Shown here piece by piece: positions 17,525 through 29,351 of a stretch of DNA of 64,000 bases (position 1 is the first letter of the stretch; every line of letters starts with the position of its first letter). The notes under the pieces were generated by a model. It saw only the letters and a program-made list of their open reading frames with translations, made no database searches and was not told the DNA's origin. This DNA is from Alphaproteobacteria bacterium (GTDB lineage Bacteria; Pseudomonadota; Alphaproteobacteria; CALKHQ01). Location of the stretch: the NCBI GenBank assembly GCA_965227515.1, contig CBDDFZ010000001.1, positions 2,528,001-2,592,000 of the forward strand. The letters run 5' to 3'. Made by a program: the position numbers and the translations under genes.

Positions 17525-18271
17525 TCAGGCCGCCGCGCCCAGGTCGCCATAGCCCTTGACCTCAAGCTCCAGCGCCAGCGACTTGTCGCCGGAGCGTACG
17601 ATCTTGCCGCCGGACATGACGTGCACCCGGTCGGGCACGATGTAGTCGAGCAGGCGCTGATAGTGGGTGATCAGCAGCATGGCGCGGTCGGGCGCGCGGA
17701 GCGCATTCACCCCCTCCGCCACCGTGCGCAGGGCATCGATGTCGAGCCCGCTGTCGGTCTCGTCCAGGATCGCGACCTTCGGCTCCAGCAGCGCCATTTG
17801 CAGGATTTCGTGGCGCTTCTTCTCGCCGCCGGAAAAGCCCGCGTTGACCGCGCGCTTCAGCATGTCCTCGCTGATGTCCAGGGTCTTCGCCAACCCGCGC
17901 ACCAGCTTCAGGAATTCGACCGCGTTCAGTTCCGGCTCGCCACGCTGGCGCCGCACCGCGTTGGCGGCGGTGCGCAGGAACGTCATCGTGGTCACGCCCG
18001 GGATCTCCACCGGGTACTGGAAGGCGAGGAACACGCCCTTGCCGGCGCGCTCGTCCGGCGCCAGGTCGAGCAGGTCCTCGCCGTTCATGGTCACCGAGCC
18101 GCCGGTGACCTCATAGCCCTCGCGGCCCGCGATCACGTAGGACAGCGTGCTCTTGCCGGAGCCGTTGGGGCCCATGATCGCGTGCACTTCGCCCGCGGGG
18201 ATCGAGAGGGTGAGCCCCCTCAGGATCTCCTTGCCGTCAACAGTGGCGTGCAAGTCTTTGATTTCAAGCAT
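17525..18271 (-). CDS. sufC: Fe-S cluster assembly ATPase SufC
   Basis: GPNGSGKST, FLAFQYPVEIPGV, GFSGGEKKR, LDETDSGLDIDAL. Confidence 0.96.
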   Translation of the reverse strand: MLEIKDLHATVDGKEILRGLTLSIPAGEVHAIMGPNGSGKSTLSYVIAGREGYEVTGGSVTMNGEDLLDLAPDERAGKGVFLAFQYPVEIPGVTTMTFLRTAANAVRRQRGEPELNAVEFLKLVRGLAKTLDISEDMLKRAVNAGFSGGEKKRHEILQMALLEPKVAILDETDSGLDIDALRTVAEGVNALRAPDRAMLLITHYQRLLDYIVPDRVHVMSGGKIVRSGDKSLALELEVKGYGDLGAAA

Positions 18272-18321
18272 TATTTTCGCTCGCTCCTGAGCATCGTGTC
18301 GTTGGAATTCACGTCGTCCAC

Positions 18322-18797
18322 CTACCAGCGCGACCGGCGCCGGCCTGGCGTCGCATCGGATTGGCGGTCGGCCGACCTGGTGTCGTTGTCCGTGTGGGCG
18401 TCGTTGTCCGTGTGGGCGTCGTTGTCCGTGTGGGCGTCGTTGTCCGTGTGGGCGCCCGGTTTGCTGAAGTCGCCGTGCCTTTCCAGCATCACGAGGTACC
18501 AGATCGACATGCCGAACAGCACGCCGATCCCGCACAACACCCACACCATCTGGTCGGTGATGAGGCTCGCGATAAGCCCGGCGAACGCACAGGTCAGCGA
18601 CACCGCGAGATAGGTCGCATGGACGCGCTTGCCCTCCGGTGTCACCGCCTGCATGTTCCGGTAGCGAGGAAACGCCCCGCCGACCGAGGGGCTGTTCATG
18701 ATGCTCCGAAAGACGCTCGGCTCCAGGCGGGCGAACCAGATCTCCCGCTTGTCCTCGCCGGCGTACCGCCCGGGTTCGTCCATCGTGCCCTCCGCGA

Positions 18798-18801
<4 letters not shown>
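18322..18801 (-). CDS. Hypothetical two-TM membrane protein with (AHTDND)x4 tail, between sufB and sufC
   Basis: ATG overlaps the sufB TGA (ATGA); two hydrophobic segments; fills the sufB-sufC gap on the operon strand. Confidence 0.6.
18382..18453. repeat. Perfect 18-bp tandem repeat x4 (gtcgttgtccgtgtgggc)
   Basis: Four identical units read directly from the sequence. Confidence 0.95.
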
Positions 18802-20296
<1,495 letters not shown>

Positions 20297-20300
<4 letters not shown>

Positions 20301-20755
20301 CGGGATACCCCACTGAAACGCAGGGATTTTTCGGCGCCGAGGGTAAACGGCTGCCGCGCCGACAGGTCGGACAGCGGTATCGCCTCCAGCGCGTTGCGGA
20401 TCGCCTCGTTCACCGGGTCCCAGCGGCCGCGGATCGGGCAGACCGCCTCGACCGTGCACTCGCCGGCGACCCCGTCGACGCAGGCGGTCAGCGCGACCGG
20501 GCCGTCGACCGCCGTGATCACGTCGCTCAGCCGGATGTCGGCGGCGGCCTGGTCGGTGACATAGCCGCCGGCAACGCCGCGCTCCGACCGGGCCAATCCA
20601 TGGCGGGTCAGGGTCTGCAGCAGTTTGGCGACCGTCGGTGCCGGCACGCCGGTGCTGCCGGCGATCTCCGGCGCGGTCATGATGGTGCCGGGCTCGTCGC
20701 TCAGCCGGGACATCACGACGACGGCGTAGTCGGTCATCTTGCTCAAGCGCAGCAT
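20297..20755 (-). CDS. Rrf2-family SUF-system regulator (IscR-like)
   Basis: [22 protein letters not shown], three-Cys motif [15 protein letters not shown]; first gene of the suf operon. Confidence 0.92.
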
Positions 20756-20788
20756 GTGGCGGGTGGACCCCTCCGACCTGTTCAGTCA

Positions 20789-20812
20789 ATCAGGACCAAA
20801 TTCATCCTGTAT
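20789..20812. promoter_or_regulatory. Candidate Rrf2 operator upstream of the suf operon
   Basis: atCAGGAccaaattcaTCCTGtat inverted repeat about 35 bp upstream of the regulator start. Confidence 0.55.
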
Positions 20813-20906
20813 GGATCATGTAGGCCGAACCGCAGGGGCAGGCAAGCGGTCTGCCGGGTTGCGGCGAAGACAGATTGTCTCACGCATTGTCGCGCATACG
20901 CACATT

Positions 20907-21102
20907 CGTCGCCCTCGCCCTCCGTGGCGAGGGCCCATGTCGGCAACTGCGCGGTCTCCGTCCAGGGTGGCTCCAAAGACGAACCGGTCCACTTACAGCC
21001 AGATTTGCCGCCCCGAACCCCAGCGAACTCGTAACCTATTGGCGTATTGGACAAGAATGGATCCTCGCCACCCCAACACTTTGATTGGCGGCGAGGATGA
21101 CG
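20907..21102. repeat. Family-1 REP doublet, copy B
   Basis: cgtcgccctcgccctccgtggcgagggcccat ... atggatcctcgcca[loop]ggcgaggatgacg. Confidence 0.85.
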
Positions 21103-21143
21103 ATTGGGGGGTGGATGGGGCACAGCAAGCTGGTTCAGAGCAA

Positions 21144-21917
21144 CTACCTTGGCCGCACTTGGAAGATCATCCGGTTCATGGAGAAGAAGAAGGCGCGGTC
21201 GCGTTCGAGTTCGGCGAACTCGGCCTGCCAGGCGTCGGCCTCGGCCTGGTCGATGGCGCCGTCCTCCACCGCGAACCGGGCCATGACCTTGGAGATGCCG
21301 TAAACGAACGTGTTTTGGTGATACCGCAGGCTGACGAAGGGGTGGGCCTCGCAGCGGTCGATCACGAAGCCGGCCGCGTGCAGCGCGCCCGGCAATTGCC
21401 GCACGATATCCGGCCAGACGCAGTGTCCGTCATAGGCTTTCACGACCCGGGCCATGCGCTCTGGATGGCGGCTGTGGAACACGATCGAGGACATATCGGT
21501 GTCCAGGATCACGGCCCGGCCATCGGGGCGCAGCACCCGGCGGACTTCCTGAAGAGCGGCCGCCAAGTCCTTGATATAGGCGAATACCTGCATCGAGGCG
21601 AGGGCGTCGAAGGTGCCGTCCTCGAACGGCAGTTCCGTGGCATTGGCGTGGTGGAGCGATACGTTGTCGTGCTCGGCGAGGCGAACGCGGGCGCGCTCCA
21701 GCATCGGCTCGCTGAGGTCGATGCCGGCCGCAAGGCCGTCGCTGCCGACCGCGCGCGCGAACTCATGGACCAGGAAGCCCGGGCCGCAGCCCAGGTCCAT
21801 CACCCGGTCGCCGGGGCCGGGGTTGACGGCGGCGAAGACGGCGGCACGGGTGGCCGCCACCTCCGGCGCCGCATACAGCCGCTCAAGCCGGCGGGCGCGT
21901 TCTGCGTCGAACTCCAT
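21144..21917 (-). CDS. Class I SAM-dependent methyltransferase (UbiE-like)
   Basis: VMDLGCGPG, GIDLSEPML, LPFEDGTFD, RVLRPDGR. Confidence 0.9.
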   Translation of the reverse strand: MEFDAERARRLERLYAAPEVAATRAAVFAAVNPGPGDRVMDLGCGPGFLVHEFARAVGSDGLAAGIDLSEPMLERARVRLAEHDNVSLHHANATELPFEDGTFDALASMQVFAYIKDLAAALQEVRRVLRPDGRAVILDTDMSSIVFHSRHPERMARVVKAYDGHCVWPDIVRQLPGALHAAGFVIDRCEAHPFVSLRYHQNTFVYGISKVMARFAVEDGAIDQAEADAWQAEFAELERDRAFFFSMNRMIFQVRPR

Positions 21918-21988
21918 GGGGAAGCGCCGGATGCCGGGGGTTCAGCCCGGCATGTCGGCGCCCGCCTCGGGAGGCTACTGTCAGCAGG

Positions 21989-22615
21989 CTACTGGTTGCT
22001 GTCCGGCTCTTCCTCGTCGTTGCTGTTGTCCATCTGGAGCTGGGTGGCAATGCCGAGCAGGAACGCATCCAGATGATCGGCGACCAGCACTGCCGCGATC
22101 TCGTCGATCGACGGCATCTCGCCCTGCGGACCCTGTTCGCCCTGGGCGCCCGGCTCACCCTGCGGCCCTGGCTCGCCCGCGGGGCCGGCGGGGCCTTCCG
22201 GACCGGCGGGACCGGCCGGACCCTCCGGACCGCGTAGCGCGTCGGCGTGGTTTTCCATCAGGAACGCCGCGACCTCTTCCACCAGAGGCGACGCACCGTC
22301 CGCGCCAGCGGGGCCCTCGGCGCCGTCGGCACCGGCCGGCCCGCGCAGGTCGTCAGCGTGGTTCTCCAGCAGGAACGCCGCGATCTCCTCGACCGAGGGT
22401 GCTTCGCCGGCCGGGCCAGCGGGGCCCTCGGGGCCTGCCGGTCCCTCGGGTCCGGCGGGGCCTTCGGCGGCCTCTAGCGTGGCGATCTGCTCTTCGAGAG
22501 CGGTGATCCGGTTGGTCAACTCCTCGTCGCCCGGACCGGTTGCCTCAACCAGAGCCCAGATTGACAAAACCAGCGCAATGAGCCCTGCGGCAATGCCGAC
22601 TGCACTCCAATTCAT
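21989..22615 (-). CDS. Membrane-anchored collagen-like protein
   Basis: TM, short coiled coil, Gly-X-Y blocks of 7, 6 and 13 triplets; AGGAGG RBS before ATG 22615. Confidence 0.8.
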   Translation of the reverse strand: MNWSAVGIAAGLIALVLSIWALVEATGPGDEELTNRITALEEQIATLEAAEGPAGPEGPAGPEGPAGPAGEAPSVEEIAAFLLENHADDLRGPAGADGAEGPAGADGASPLVEEVAAFLMENHADALRGPEGPAGPAGPEGPAGPAGEPGPQGEPGAQGEQGPQGEMPSIDEIAAVLVADHLDAFLLGIATQLQMDNSNDEEEPDSNQ

Positions 22616-22684
22616 CGCCATCCTCCTGCGGATATGAAATTGCGTCACGTTCCCATACAGTGATCATGACCCTGTGCCAACAAC

Positions 22685-25162
22685 ATGGCGACGTACGAAA
22701 TGGAATCCGCATCGATTGGCCGCAAGGGCCGCGGCAAGGCCGGCACCCTGGGCGACAACAGCATCCCCGCGCCAAGCGCCGACGACATGGAGATGATGTC
22801 GGCGCTGGAGAAGAAGCTGCTGTGGCTTTCGTCGTGGATGATCCACCACGCCAACCATGTTCGCCCGAATGTCGACGGGCTGAAGGTGGGCGGGCACCAG
22901 GCGTCCAGCGCCTCGCTGGTCACGTTGATGACGGCGCTGTTCTTTCACGTGCTGCGGCCCGACGACCGGGTGGCGGTGAAGCCGCATGCCAGCCCGGTGT
23001 TCCACGCCATCCAGTACCTGTTCGGCAACCAGACCCGCGACAATCTGGAAAACTTTCGCGCGCTGGGCGGCGCCCAGTCCTATCCGTCGCGCACCAAGGA
23101 CGTCGACGACGTCGACTTTTCCACCGGCTCGGTCGGCCTGGGCGTCGGCGTGTCGCTGTTCGCGGCGCTGATCCAGGACTATGTGCGCCTGAAGCGGCTG
23201 CCGGGTGCGGCGGAAGACATCGGCCGCATGGTGGCCCTGGTCGGCGATGCCGAGCTGGACGAGGGCAACATCTACGAAGCCCTGCTGGAAGGCTGGAAGC
23301 ACGACGTCCGCAACGTCTGGTGGGTGATCGACTACAACCGGCAGAGCCTGGACAGCGTGGTCTCCGACCGGCTGTTCACACGCATCGACGAGCTGTTCGC
23401 CACCATGGGCTGGCGGGTGATCACGCTGAAATACGGCCGCCTGCTGGAGGCGGCGTTCGCCCGGCCCGGCGGCGACGCCCTGCGCGACTGGATCGACCGT
23501 TGCCCGAACTCGCTCTACGCGGCGCTCACCTTCAAGGGCGGGGCGGCGTGGCGCGAGCACCTGGCCGCCGATATCGGCAAGGAGCCGGGCATTGCCGACA
23601 TCCTGGCCGACCATGACGACGAGGCGCTTGGCCGGCTGATGACCAATCTGGCCGGCCACGACCTGGAGACCGTGCTGGAAGGGTTCCGCGCCGCCGCCGA
23701 CAGCGACCAGCCGACGTGCTTCCTGGCGTACACCATCAAGGGCTTTGGCCTGCCGTTCGCCGGCCACAAGGACAACCACGCCGGGCTGATGAACGTCGAC
23801 CAGATGGCGGCCTTCCAGCAAGCGATGGCGGTGCCGGAGGGCGCGGAGTGGGAGCCGTTCGCCGGGCTTTCGGCGCTCGGCGACCGGCTCGGCGACTTCG
23901 TCGCGCGCACGCCGTTCAACGCGCGCGGGCCGCGGCGGACCACCGGCGAGCGGTTGCCGATCCCGATGCTGGTCGCACCGGCCGAGGGTGGCGCGAAGAT
24001 GTCCACCCAGGAGGGCTTCGGGCGCATCCTGAACGAGATCGGCCGCAGCGAGGAGGCCTATGCCGACCGCATCGTCACCACGTCGCCGGACGTGACGGTG
24101 TCGACCAACCTCGGCGCGTGGGTGAACCGGCGCGGCGTGTTCAACCGGCAGGACATGAAGGACGTGTTCCGCGAGCAGAAGGTGGTGTCGGCCCAGACCT
24201 GGGCGATGTCGCCGGCCGGCCAGCACATCGAGCTTGGCATCGCGGAGAACAATCTGTTCCTGCTGCTGGCCGCGGCCGGCCTGTCGCACAGCCTGTTCGG
24301 CAGCCGCCTGCTGCCCATCGGCACCCTGTACGACCCGTTCATCGCCCGTGGGCTGGATGCGCTGAATTACGCCTGCTACCAGGACGCGCGCTTCGTGCTG
24401 GTGGCGACGCCGTCGGGCATCACCCTGGCGCCGGAGGGCGGGGCGCACCAGTCGATCGCGACCCCGCTGATCGGCATGGCGCAGGACGGTCTGGCCTATT
24501 TCGAGCCCGCCTATTGCGACGAGCTGGCCGCGATCCTGGGCTGGGCGCTGGACTACATCCAGCGCGACGGCTCGGACCCGGGGCGGCCCGGCTGGCTGCG
24601 CGACACCGAGGGCGGCTCGGTCTATCTGCGGCTGTCGACCCGCGCGCTCGAGCAGCCGGCGCGTACGCTCAGCGACGAGGATCGCCAGCATGTCATCGAC
24701 GGCGGGTACTGGCTGCGGCCGCCGGGACCGGGCGCCACCCTGGCGCTGGTCTGCACCGGTGCGGTGATGCCCGAGGTGCTGGCCGCGTTCGACGAGGTGC
24801 TGGACGATGCGCCTGATGCCGGGCTGATGGTCGTGACGTCGCCAGACCGGCTGAACGCCGGCTGGCACGCCGCGGAGCGCGCCCGCGAACGCGCCGATGG
24901 CGGCGATGGCGAGAGCCTGTGCCACATCGAGCGGCTGCTGGCGCCGCTGAGCCACGACGCGGCCCTGGTGACGGTGCTGGACGGTCACCCGGCGACCCTG
25001 GCATGGCTGGGCGCGGTGGCGGGCCACCACGTGCAGGCCCTGGGCGTGGAGCATTTCGGCCAGTCCGGCAGCATTCCCGATCTCTACCGGCGCTATGGCA
25101 TCGACACCGATGGCATCCTGGATGCGACGGCGCGGGCTTGCCTCGACCGGCTGCGCCTGTAG
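22685..25162 (+). CDS. ThDP-dependent AceE/transketolase-like 2-oxoacid dehydrogenase E1 component
   Basis: KVGGHQASSAS, QSYPSR, STGSVGLG, GDAELDEG...DYNRQSLD, ELGIAENN, EGGAHQS; exact start uncertain. Confidence 0.85.
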   Translation: MATYEMESASIGRKGRGKAGTLGDNSIPAPSADDMEMMSALEKKLLWLSSWMIHHANHVRPNVDGLKVGGHQASSASLVTLMTALFFHVLRPDDRVAVKPHASPVFHAIQYLFGNQTRDNLENFRALGGAQSYPSRTKDVDDVDFSTGSVGLGVGVSLFAALIQDYVRLKRLPGAAEDIGRMVALVGDAELDEGNIYEALLEGWKHDVRNVWWVIDYNRQSLDSVVSDRLFTRIDELFATMGWRVITLKYGRLLEAAFARPGGDALRDWIDRCPNSLYAALTFKGGAAWREHLAADIGKEPGIADILADHDDEALGRLMTNLAGHDLETVLEGFRAAADSDQPTCFLAYTIKGFGLPFAGHKDNHAGLMNVDQMAAFQQAMAVPEGAEWEPFAGLSALGDRLGDFVARTPFNARGPRRTTGERLPIPMLVAPAEGGAKMSTQEGFGRILNEIGRSEEAYADRIVTTSPDVTVSTNLGAWVNRRGVFNRQDMKDVFREQKVVSAQTWAMSPAGQHIELGIAENNLFLLLAAAGLSHSLFGSRLLPIGTLYDPFIARGLDALNYACYQDARFVLVATPSGITLAPEGGAHQSIATPLIGMAQDGLAYFEPAYCDELAAILGWALDYIQRDGSDPGRPGWLRDTEGGSVYLRLSTRALEQPARTLSDEDRQHVIDGGYWLRPPGPGATLALVCTGAVMPEVLAAFDEVLDDAPDAGLMVVTSPDRLNAGWHAAERARERADGGDGESLCHIERLLAPLSHDAALVTVLDGHPATLAWLGAVAGHHVQALGVEHFGQSGSIPDLYRRYGIDTDGILDATARACLDRLRL

Positions 25163-25289
25163 ACTTGTCGGATAACACGCAGGCTGAGGGCCTGCGGCGG
25201 TCATTGGTCATTAACCAATGCCAACCTTAATCCGGTCACATTGATGCCATAGCCTACCGTTGCGGGGGTCAGGAAAGGTGCACGGTTCT

Positions 25290-26741
25290 ATGTCGAGACC
25301 GCTACTGGCAACATTTGCGGGCGCCACGCTGGCGCTCGGCCTGACGGCTGGCGTGACGGCGCCGGCGCGCGCGGAAGTGTCCTCCGCCGAGCTTCTTGGC
25401 TGGTGCGAGGGCGCCACGTCGCCCGACCAGCTCGGGACCATCAACGCGTTTCGCTGCGTGAACTATCTGCAGGGGGCGGCCGACGTGTTGCAGGCCGTGG
25501 TCGCAGTCGACCTGACGGCATGCCTGAGCGGCGGCCAGTCCATTGGCGCGCAACTCAAGGCGCGGTTCGTGCCGGCATTGCGCGCGGCCCATGAGGAAAT
25601 CCACGCGAGCGGCGGCCAGATTTCGGTTCCGGCCGAGATGGCGGCGTGGCTGGAGCGCGAATGCGGCTTCGCCGATCCGGTCGCCTCCGACACCGGCGAG
25701 CTGGCGCAGGCCCGCGCCGAGGCCGAGACCCAGGTCGCCGAGCTGCGCGCCGCCCTGGACGAGGCCAACGAGACCATCGAGGACCAGGCGGCCGCGCTGG
25801 TCGAGGCCAATGGGACCATCGACGACCGGTCGGCGGCGCTCGACCAGCTCAACATGGTGATCGCCGGGCTCAACGAGGACATGACGCAGGAGCGCGAGAC
25901 CTGCGTGGGCCAGGTCGACGAGCTGAAGGCGCAACTGTCGGAGCTGGCGTCGTCGAGCAACACCAACGATGCGATGGTGGCCAGCCTGGAGCTGGAACTC
26001 GAGGCCGCAGAAGCCGCCAACGATGCGCTGCGCCAGGAAATGGCGGAGCGTGACGCGCGGCTGGCGCAACTGATGGCCGACATCGCCGAGAGCCAGCAGG
26101 CCCTGGATGACGCGCTCGACCAGATCGCGCTGCAGGAGGCGCGGTTGGAGCAGGTCGAGACCCTGAACGACACCCTGCAGCTCATCAGCACCCAGGCGCG
26201 GGCACGCATCGAAGAGGCAGAATTACAGATCGAGGCGTTCGATACCCTGAACGCCGAGCTTGAGGAAGAGTTGGAGGCGAGCCGGCGCACCATCGCCGCG
26301 CTGGATGCCGATCTCCAGTCCTCCAACACCTGCGTGCCGTCGTCGACGGTGTCCAGCGGATCGGGTTCCGGCAGCGCCAACAACGGAAGCGTGGGCAACA
26401 TCGTCGTACCGCCGTCCAGCCCACCCAACCAGAGTGCGTCGATCGACCCGGCGCCACCTGCCGACAGCGGCATCGCCGAGATGCGCTTCGACCCCTCCAC
26501 CCTGGCCTCGTTCCGCCAGCTCCAGCAACAGGCGGTTGAGCGCGGGCAGATCAACGTGCGCATCCCGTGGACCAGCCCTGACGGGCGGTTCTCCGGCTTC
26601 GCCGTGGTCACCGGCGAGGGCACGGTGGGCGCGAGCTGGTACCGCCAGGTCTATGCCGAGGCGCGCTACCAGAACGCCGTCGTCGAGCGCGCCGACGACC
26701 GCTATTGCCGCCAGAACATGGTGTGGCGTTTCTGCGGCTGA
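25290..26741 (+). CDS. Exported long coiled-coil protein with Cys-containing terminal domains
   Basis: Signal peptide (ARA-EV), Rap1a-like N-domain, about 200-aa acidic heptad region, Ser/Pro linker, small C-domain. Confidence 0.7.
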   Translation: MSRPLLATFAGATLALGLTAGVTAPARAEVSSAELLGWCEGATSPDQLGTINAFRCVNYLQGAADVLQAVVAVDLTACLSGGQSIGAQLKARFVPALRAAHEEIHASGGQISVPAEMAAWLERECGFADPVASDTGELAQARAEAETQVAELRAALDEANETIEDQAAALVEANGTIDDRSAALDQLNMVIAGLNEDMTQERETCVGQVDELKAQLSELASSSNTNDAMVASLELELEAAEAANDALRQEMAERDARLAQLMADIAESQQALDDALDQIALQEARLEQVETLNDTLQLISTQARARIEEAELQIEAFDTLNAELEEELEASRRTIAALDADLQSSNTCVPSSTVSSGSGSGSANNGSVGNIVVPPSSPPNQSASIDPAPPADSGIAEMRFDPSTLASFRQLQQQAVERGQINVRIPWTSPDGRFSGFAVVTGEGTVGASWYRQVYAEARYQNAVVERADDRYCRQNMVWRFCG

Positions 26742-26814
26742 TCCGCGCCTGGGTTTGGCTTCCGATACATTGATCGCGGGCTGAGTTCCGCGCACATTGG
26801 CGGTGGAGGTGCGC

Positions 26815-28296
26815 GTGCGATTCCTCATCGCCATGCTGAAGCACGAGACAAACACGTTCTCGCCGGTGCCGACCGACTTGCGGCGGTTCGCCGACTGGGG
26901 CCTGCACTATGGCGATGACGTCGCCGCCGCCTATCGCGACACCGCCATGCCGGTGGCGGCCTACCTTGAGCTTGCCGAGGCCGCCGGCGCAGAGGTGGTG
27001 ACGCCGCTGGCCGCCGAGGCGATGCCGAGCGGCCCGGTGCACGCCGATGCCTACGCCCACCTGACCGAAACCATCCTGGCGGCGCTGGACGACGGCATCG
27101 ACGCCGCCTTGCTGGACCTGCACGGCGCCATGGTCGCCGAGACCACGCCGGACGGGGAGGGCGACCTGCTGGCCCGCATCCGGGCCCGTCGCCCCGGCCT
27201 GCCGATTGCGGTCACCTGCGACCTGCATTGCAACCTGACCCAGGCGATGGTGGACAATTGCACCGCGCTGATCGGCTACAAGACCTATCCCCACACCGAT
27301 ATGTACGACGTCGCCAAACAGGTCGGCGGCATCGTGATCGAGAGCATGGCGGGCCGCGCGGCCCCGGTGATGGCGTGGCATCGCCCGCCGCTGCTGAGCC
27401 AGACGCTGTGCCAGGGCACCGACGACTTCCCGATGCGCGAGCTGATCGCCGCTGCACGTGCCCTGGAAGATGGCGGCATGCTGGCCGCGACCGTGTTCGG
27501 CGGCTTCCCACATGCCGATATCGAGGATGCCGGGACCAGCGCCATCGTGGTCGTCGATGGCGATGCCGCTGCCGCCGACAAGGCGGCGCGGGGCTTGGCC
27601 GACCTGGCGTGGAGCCACCACACCGCCTTTGCCTACCGCGCCCGCCCGCTGGCCGAGGCGGTGGCGGCGGCCAAGGCGGAGACCGAGGGGCCGGTCCTGC
27701 TGCTGGACCATGCCGACAATTGCGGTTCCGGCGGCACCCAGGACGAGATGACCGTGATCGCCGAGGTGCTGCGCCAGGGCCTGCCGGACGTGGCGATGGC
27801 GGCGGTGTGGGACCCCGAGGCGGTGACGGCAATGCATCGCGCGGGCGAGGGGGCGGAGATCGCCCTCGACCTCGGCGGCAAGATGGACATGCCGTCGCTG
27901 GGCCGGCCCGGCCGTCCGCTGCGCGTGACCGGGCGGGTCGCGCGGGTGACCGACGGGACCTGGGTGGTGGAAGGCCCGATGTACACTGGCGTTACCGTGC
28001 ACATGGGACCGACGGCGGTGCTGGAGGTTCGCTCCGAAAGCGGCGGCGAAATGCGCATTGTCGTCGTCTCCCGCCACCACGAGCCTTGGGACATCGGGGT
28101 CTTCACTCATGTCGGCATCGACCCGCACGCCGCACGCTACCTGCTGCTGAAGTCGCGCATCCACTACCGCGCGGGCTTCGGCGACCTGGGCACCCACACC
28201 TTCACCTGCGACGGCTTTGGCGTCACCACGTCTGACAACAGCCTGCTCGACTATCGCAATGTGCGGCGGCCCATTTATCCGCTGGACCCGATGTGA
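26815..28296 (+). CDS. M81 family metallopeptidase (MlrC-like)
   Basis: HETNTFSP, LDLHGAM, DGEGDLL, DLHCN, YKTYPHTD, DNCGSGG, KSRIHYRA. Confidence 0.92.
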   Translation: MRFLIAMLKHETNTFSPVPTDLRRFADWGLHYGDDVAAAYRDTAMPVAAYLELAEAAGAEVVTPLAAEAMPSGPVHADAYAHLTETILAALDDGIDAALLDLHGAMVAETTPDGEGDLLARIRARRPGLPIAVTCDLHCNLTQAMVDNCTALIGYKTYPHTDMYDVAKQVGGIVIESMAGRAAPVMAWHRPPLLSQTLCQGTDDFPMRELIAAARALEDGGMLAATVFGGFPHADIEDAGTSAIVVVDGDAAAADKAARGLADLAWSHHTAFAYRARPLAEAVAAAKAETEGPVLLLDHADNCGSGGTQDEMTVIAEVLRQGLPDVAMAAVWDPEAVTAMHRAGEGAEIALDLGGKMDMPSLGRPGRPLRVTGRVARVTDGTWVVEGPMYTGVTVHMGPTAVLEVRSESGGEMRIVVVSRHHEPWDIGVFTHVGIDPHAARYLLLKSRIHYRAGFGDLGTHTFTCDGFGVTTSDNSLLDYRNVRRPIYPLDPM

Positions 28297-29306
28297 GCGA
28301 AATGCCGTCCTTGCGCGCCGGGCCGCGCAACCTGATCACCGACGTGCTTGGCCTCAAGGTGGGCAACGCCGCCGACGACCGCGCGCTGACCGGCGTCACC
28401 GTGCTGCGGCCGGATGCGCCGTGCACAGCGGCGGTGGATGTGCGCGGTGGCGGGCCGGGCACGCGCGAGACCGATCTGCTGGCGCCGGCCGCGACGGTCG
28501 ACCGGATCGATGCGCTGGTGTTTGCCGGTGGCTCGGTGTTCGGGCTGGATGCCGCGTCGGCGGTGACCGCCAAGCTGGCGGCGCGGGGCCAGGGGCTTGT
28601 CCATCGCGACGCGGTGGTGCCGATCGTGCCGGCCGCGATCTGCTTCGACCTTCACAATGGCGGCGACAAGAACTGGGGCGAGACACCACCCTACGCGGCG
28701 CTGGGGCGCGCGGCGCTGGAAGACGTATCGGCCGACATCGCGCTCGGCAATGTCGGCGCCGGCATGGGGGCCACCGCCGGGCCGCTGAAGGGCGGGCTCG
28801 GTTCGGCCTCGGTCGAGACCGCGGATGGCGACATGGTCGGCGCGCTGGCGGTCGTGAATGCCGCCGGCCACACCACCGTGCCAGATGGGCCGCAGTTCTG
28901 GGCCTGGCCGTTCGAGCTTGGGGGCGAGTTTGGCGGACTGGCGCCACCGGCCGCCGCGGTGCCGCCACCGGTGGACATCCCCGCCGGCCCGGTGCCGGCC
29001 AACACCACCCTGGTCGCGGTGGCGGTCAATCGCCGGCTCGACAAGCTGCAGGCCCAACGCATCGCGATCATGGCCCAGGATGGCCTCGCCCGTGCGATCC
29101 GCCCGGCGCACACGCCCTTCGACGGCGATATCGTGTTCGTGCTCGGTGTCGGGGAGCGCGGCGTCGACGATCCGCGCGAGGTTGCCCGGCTGGGCACGCT
29201 GGCCGGGGATTGCACGGCCCGCGCCATCGCGCGCGGCGTCTACGAGGCGGTTTCCCTGGGCGGCATGCCCGGTTATCGTGACGTGTGGGGCGACGGGAGA
29301 AAATAA
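28293..29306 (+). CDS. P1/S58 family peptidase (DmpA-like)
   Basis: NLITDV.GL.VG, DVRGGGPGTRETD, GGSVFGL, GNVGAG.GA, NTTL, AHTPFDGD. Confidence 0.92.
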   Translation: MSEMPSLRAGPRNLITDVLGLKVGNAADDRALTGVTVLRPDAPCTAAVDVRGGGPGTRETDLLAPAATVDRIDALVFAGGSVFGLDAASAVTAKLAARGQGLVHRDAVVPIVPAAICFDLHNGGDKNWGETPPYAALGRAALEDVSADIALGNVGAGMGATAGPLKGGLGSASVETADGDMVGALAVVNAAGHTTVPDGPQFWAWPFELGGEFGGLAPPAAAVPPPVDIPAGPVPANTTLVAVAVNRRLDKLQAQRIAIMAQDGLARAIRPAHTPFDGDIVFVLGVGERGVDDPREVARLGTLAGDCTARAIARGVYEAVSLGGMPGYRDVWGDGRK

Positions 29307-29351
29307 GGCTACCCGAGGGATAAGGCCCCGCCAGCGAGGGAGATACGGGAC

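Noticed and set aside
22664-25204. 846-aa minus-strand ORF (likewise 16259..18613 +, 42189..44792 +, 53419..55296 +, 55341..57611 -)
   Set aside because: Antisense shadows of well-supported genes; long stop-free frames are expected at this GC content and they lack recognisable motifs
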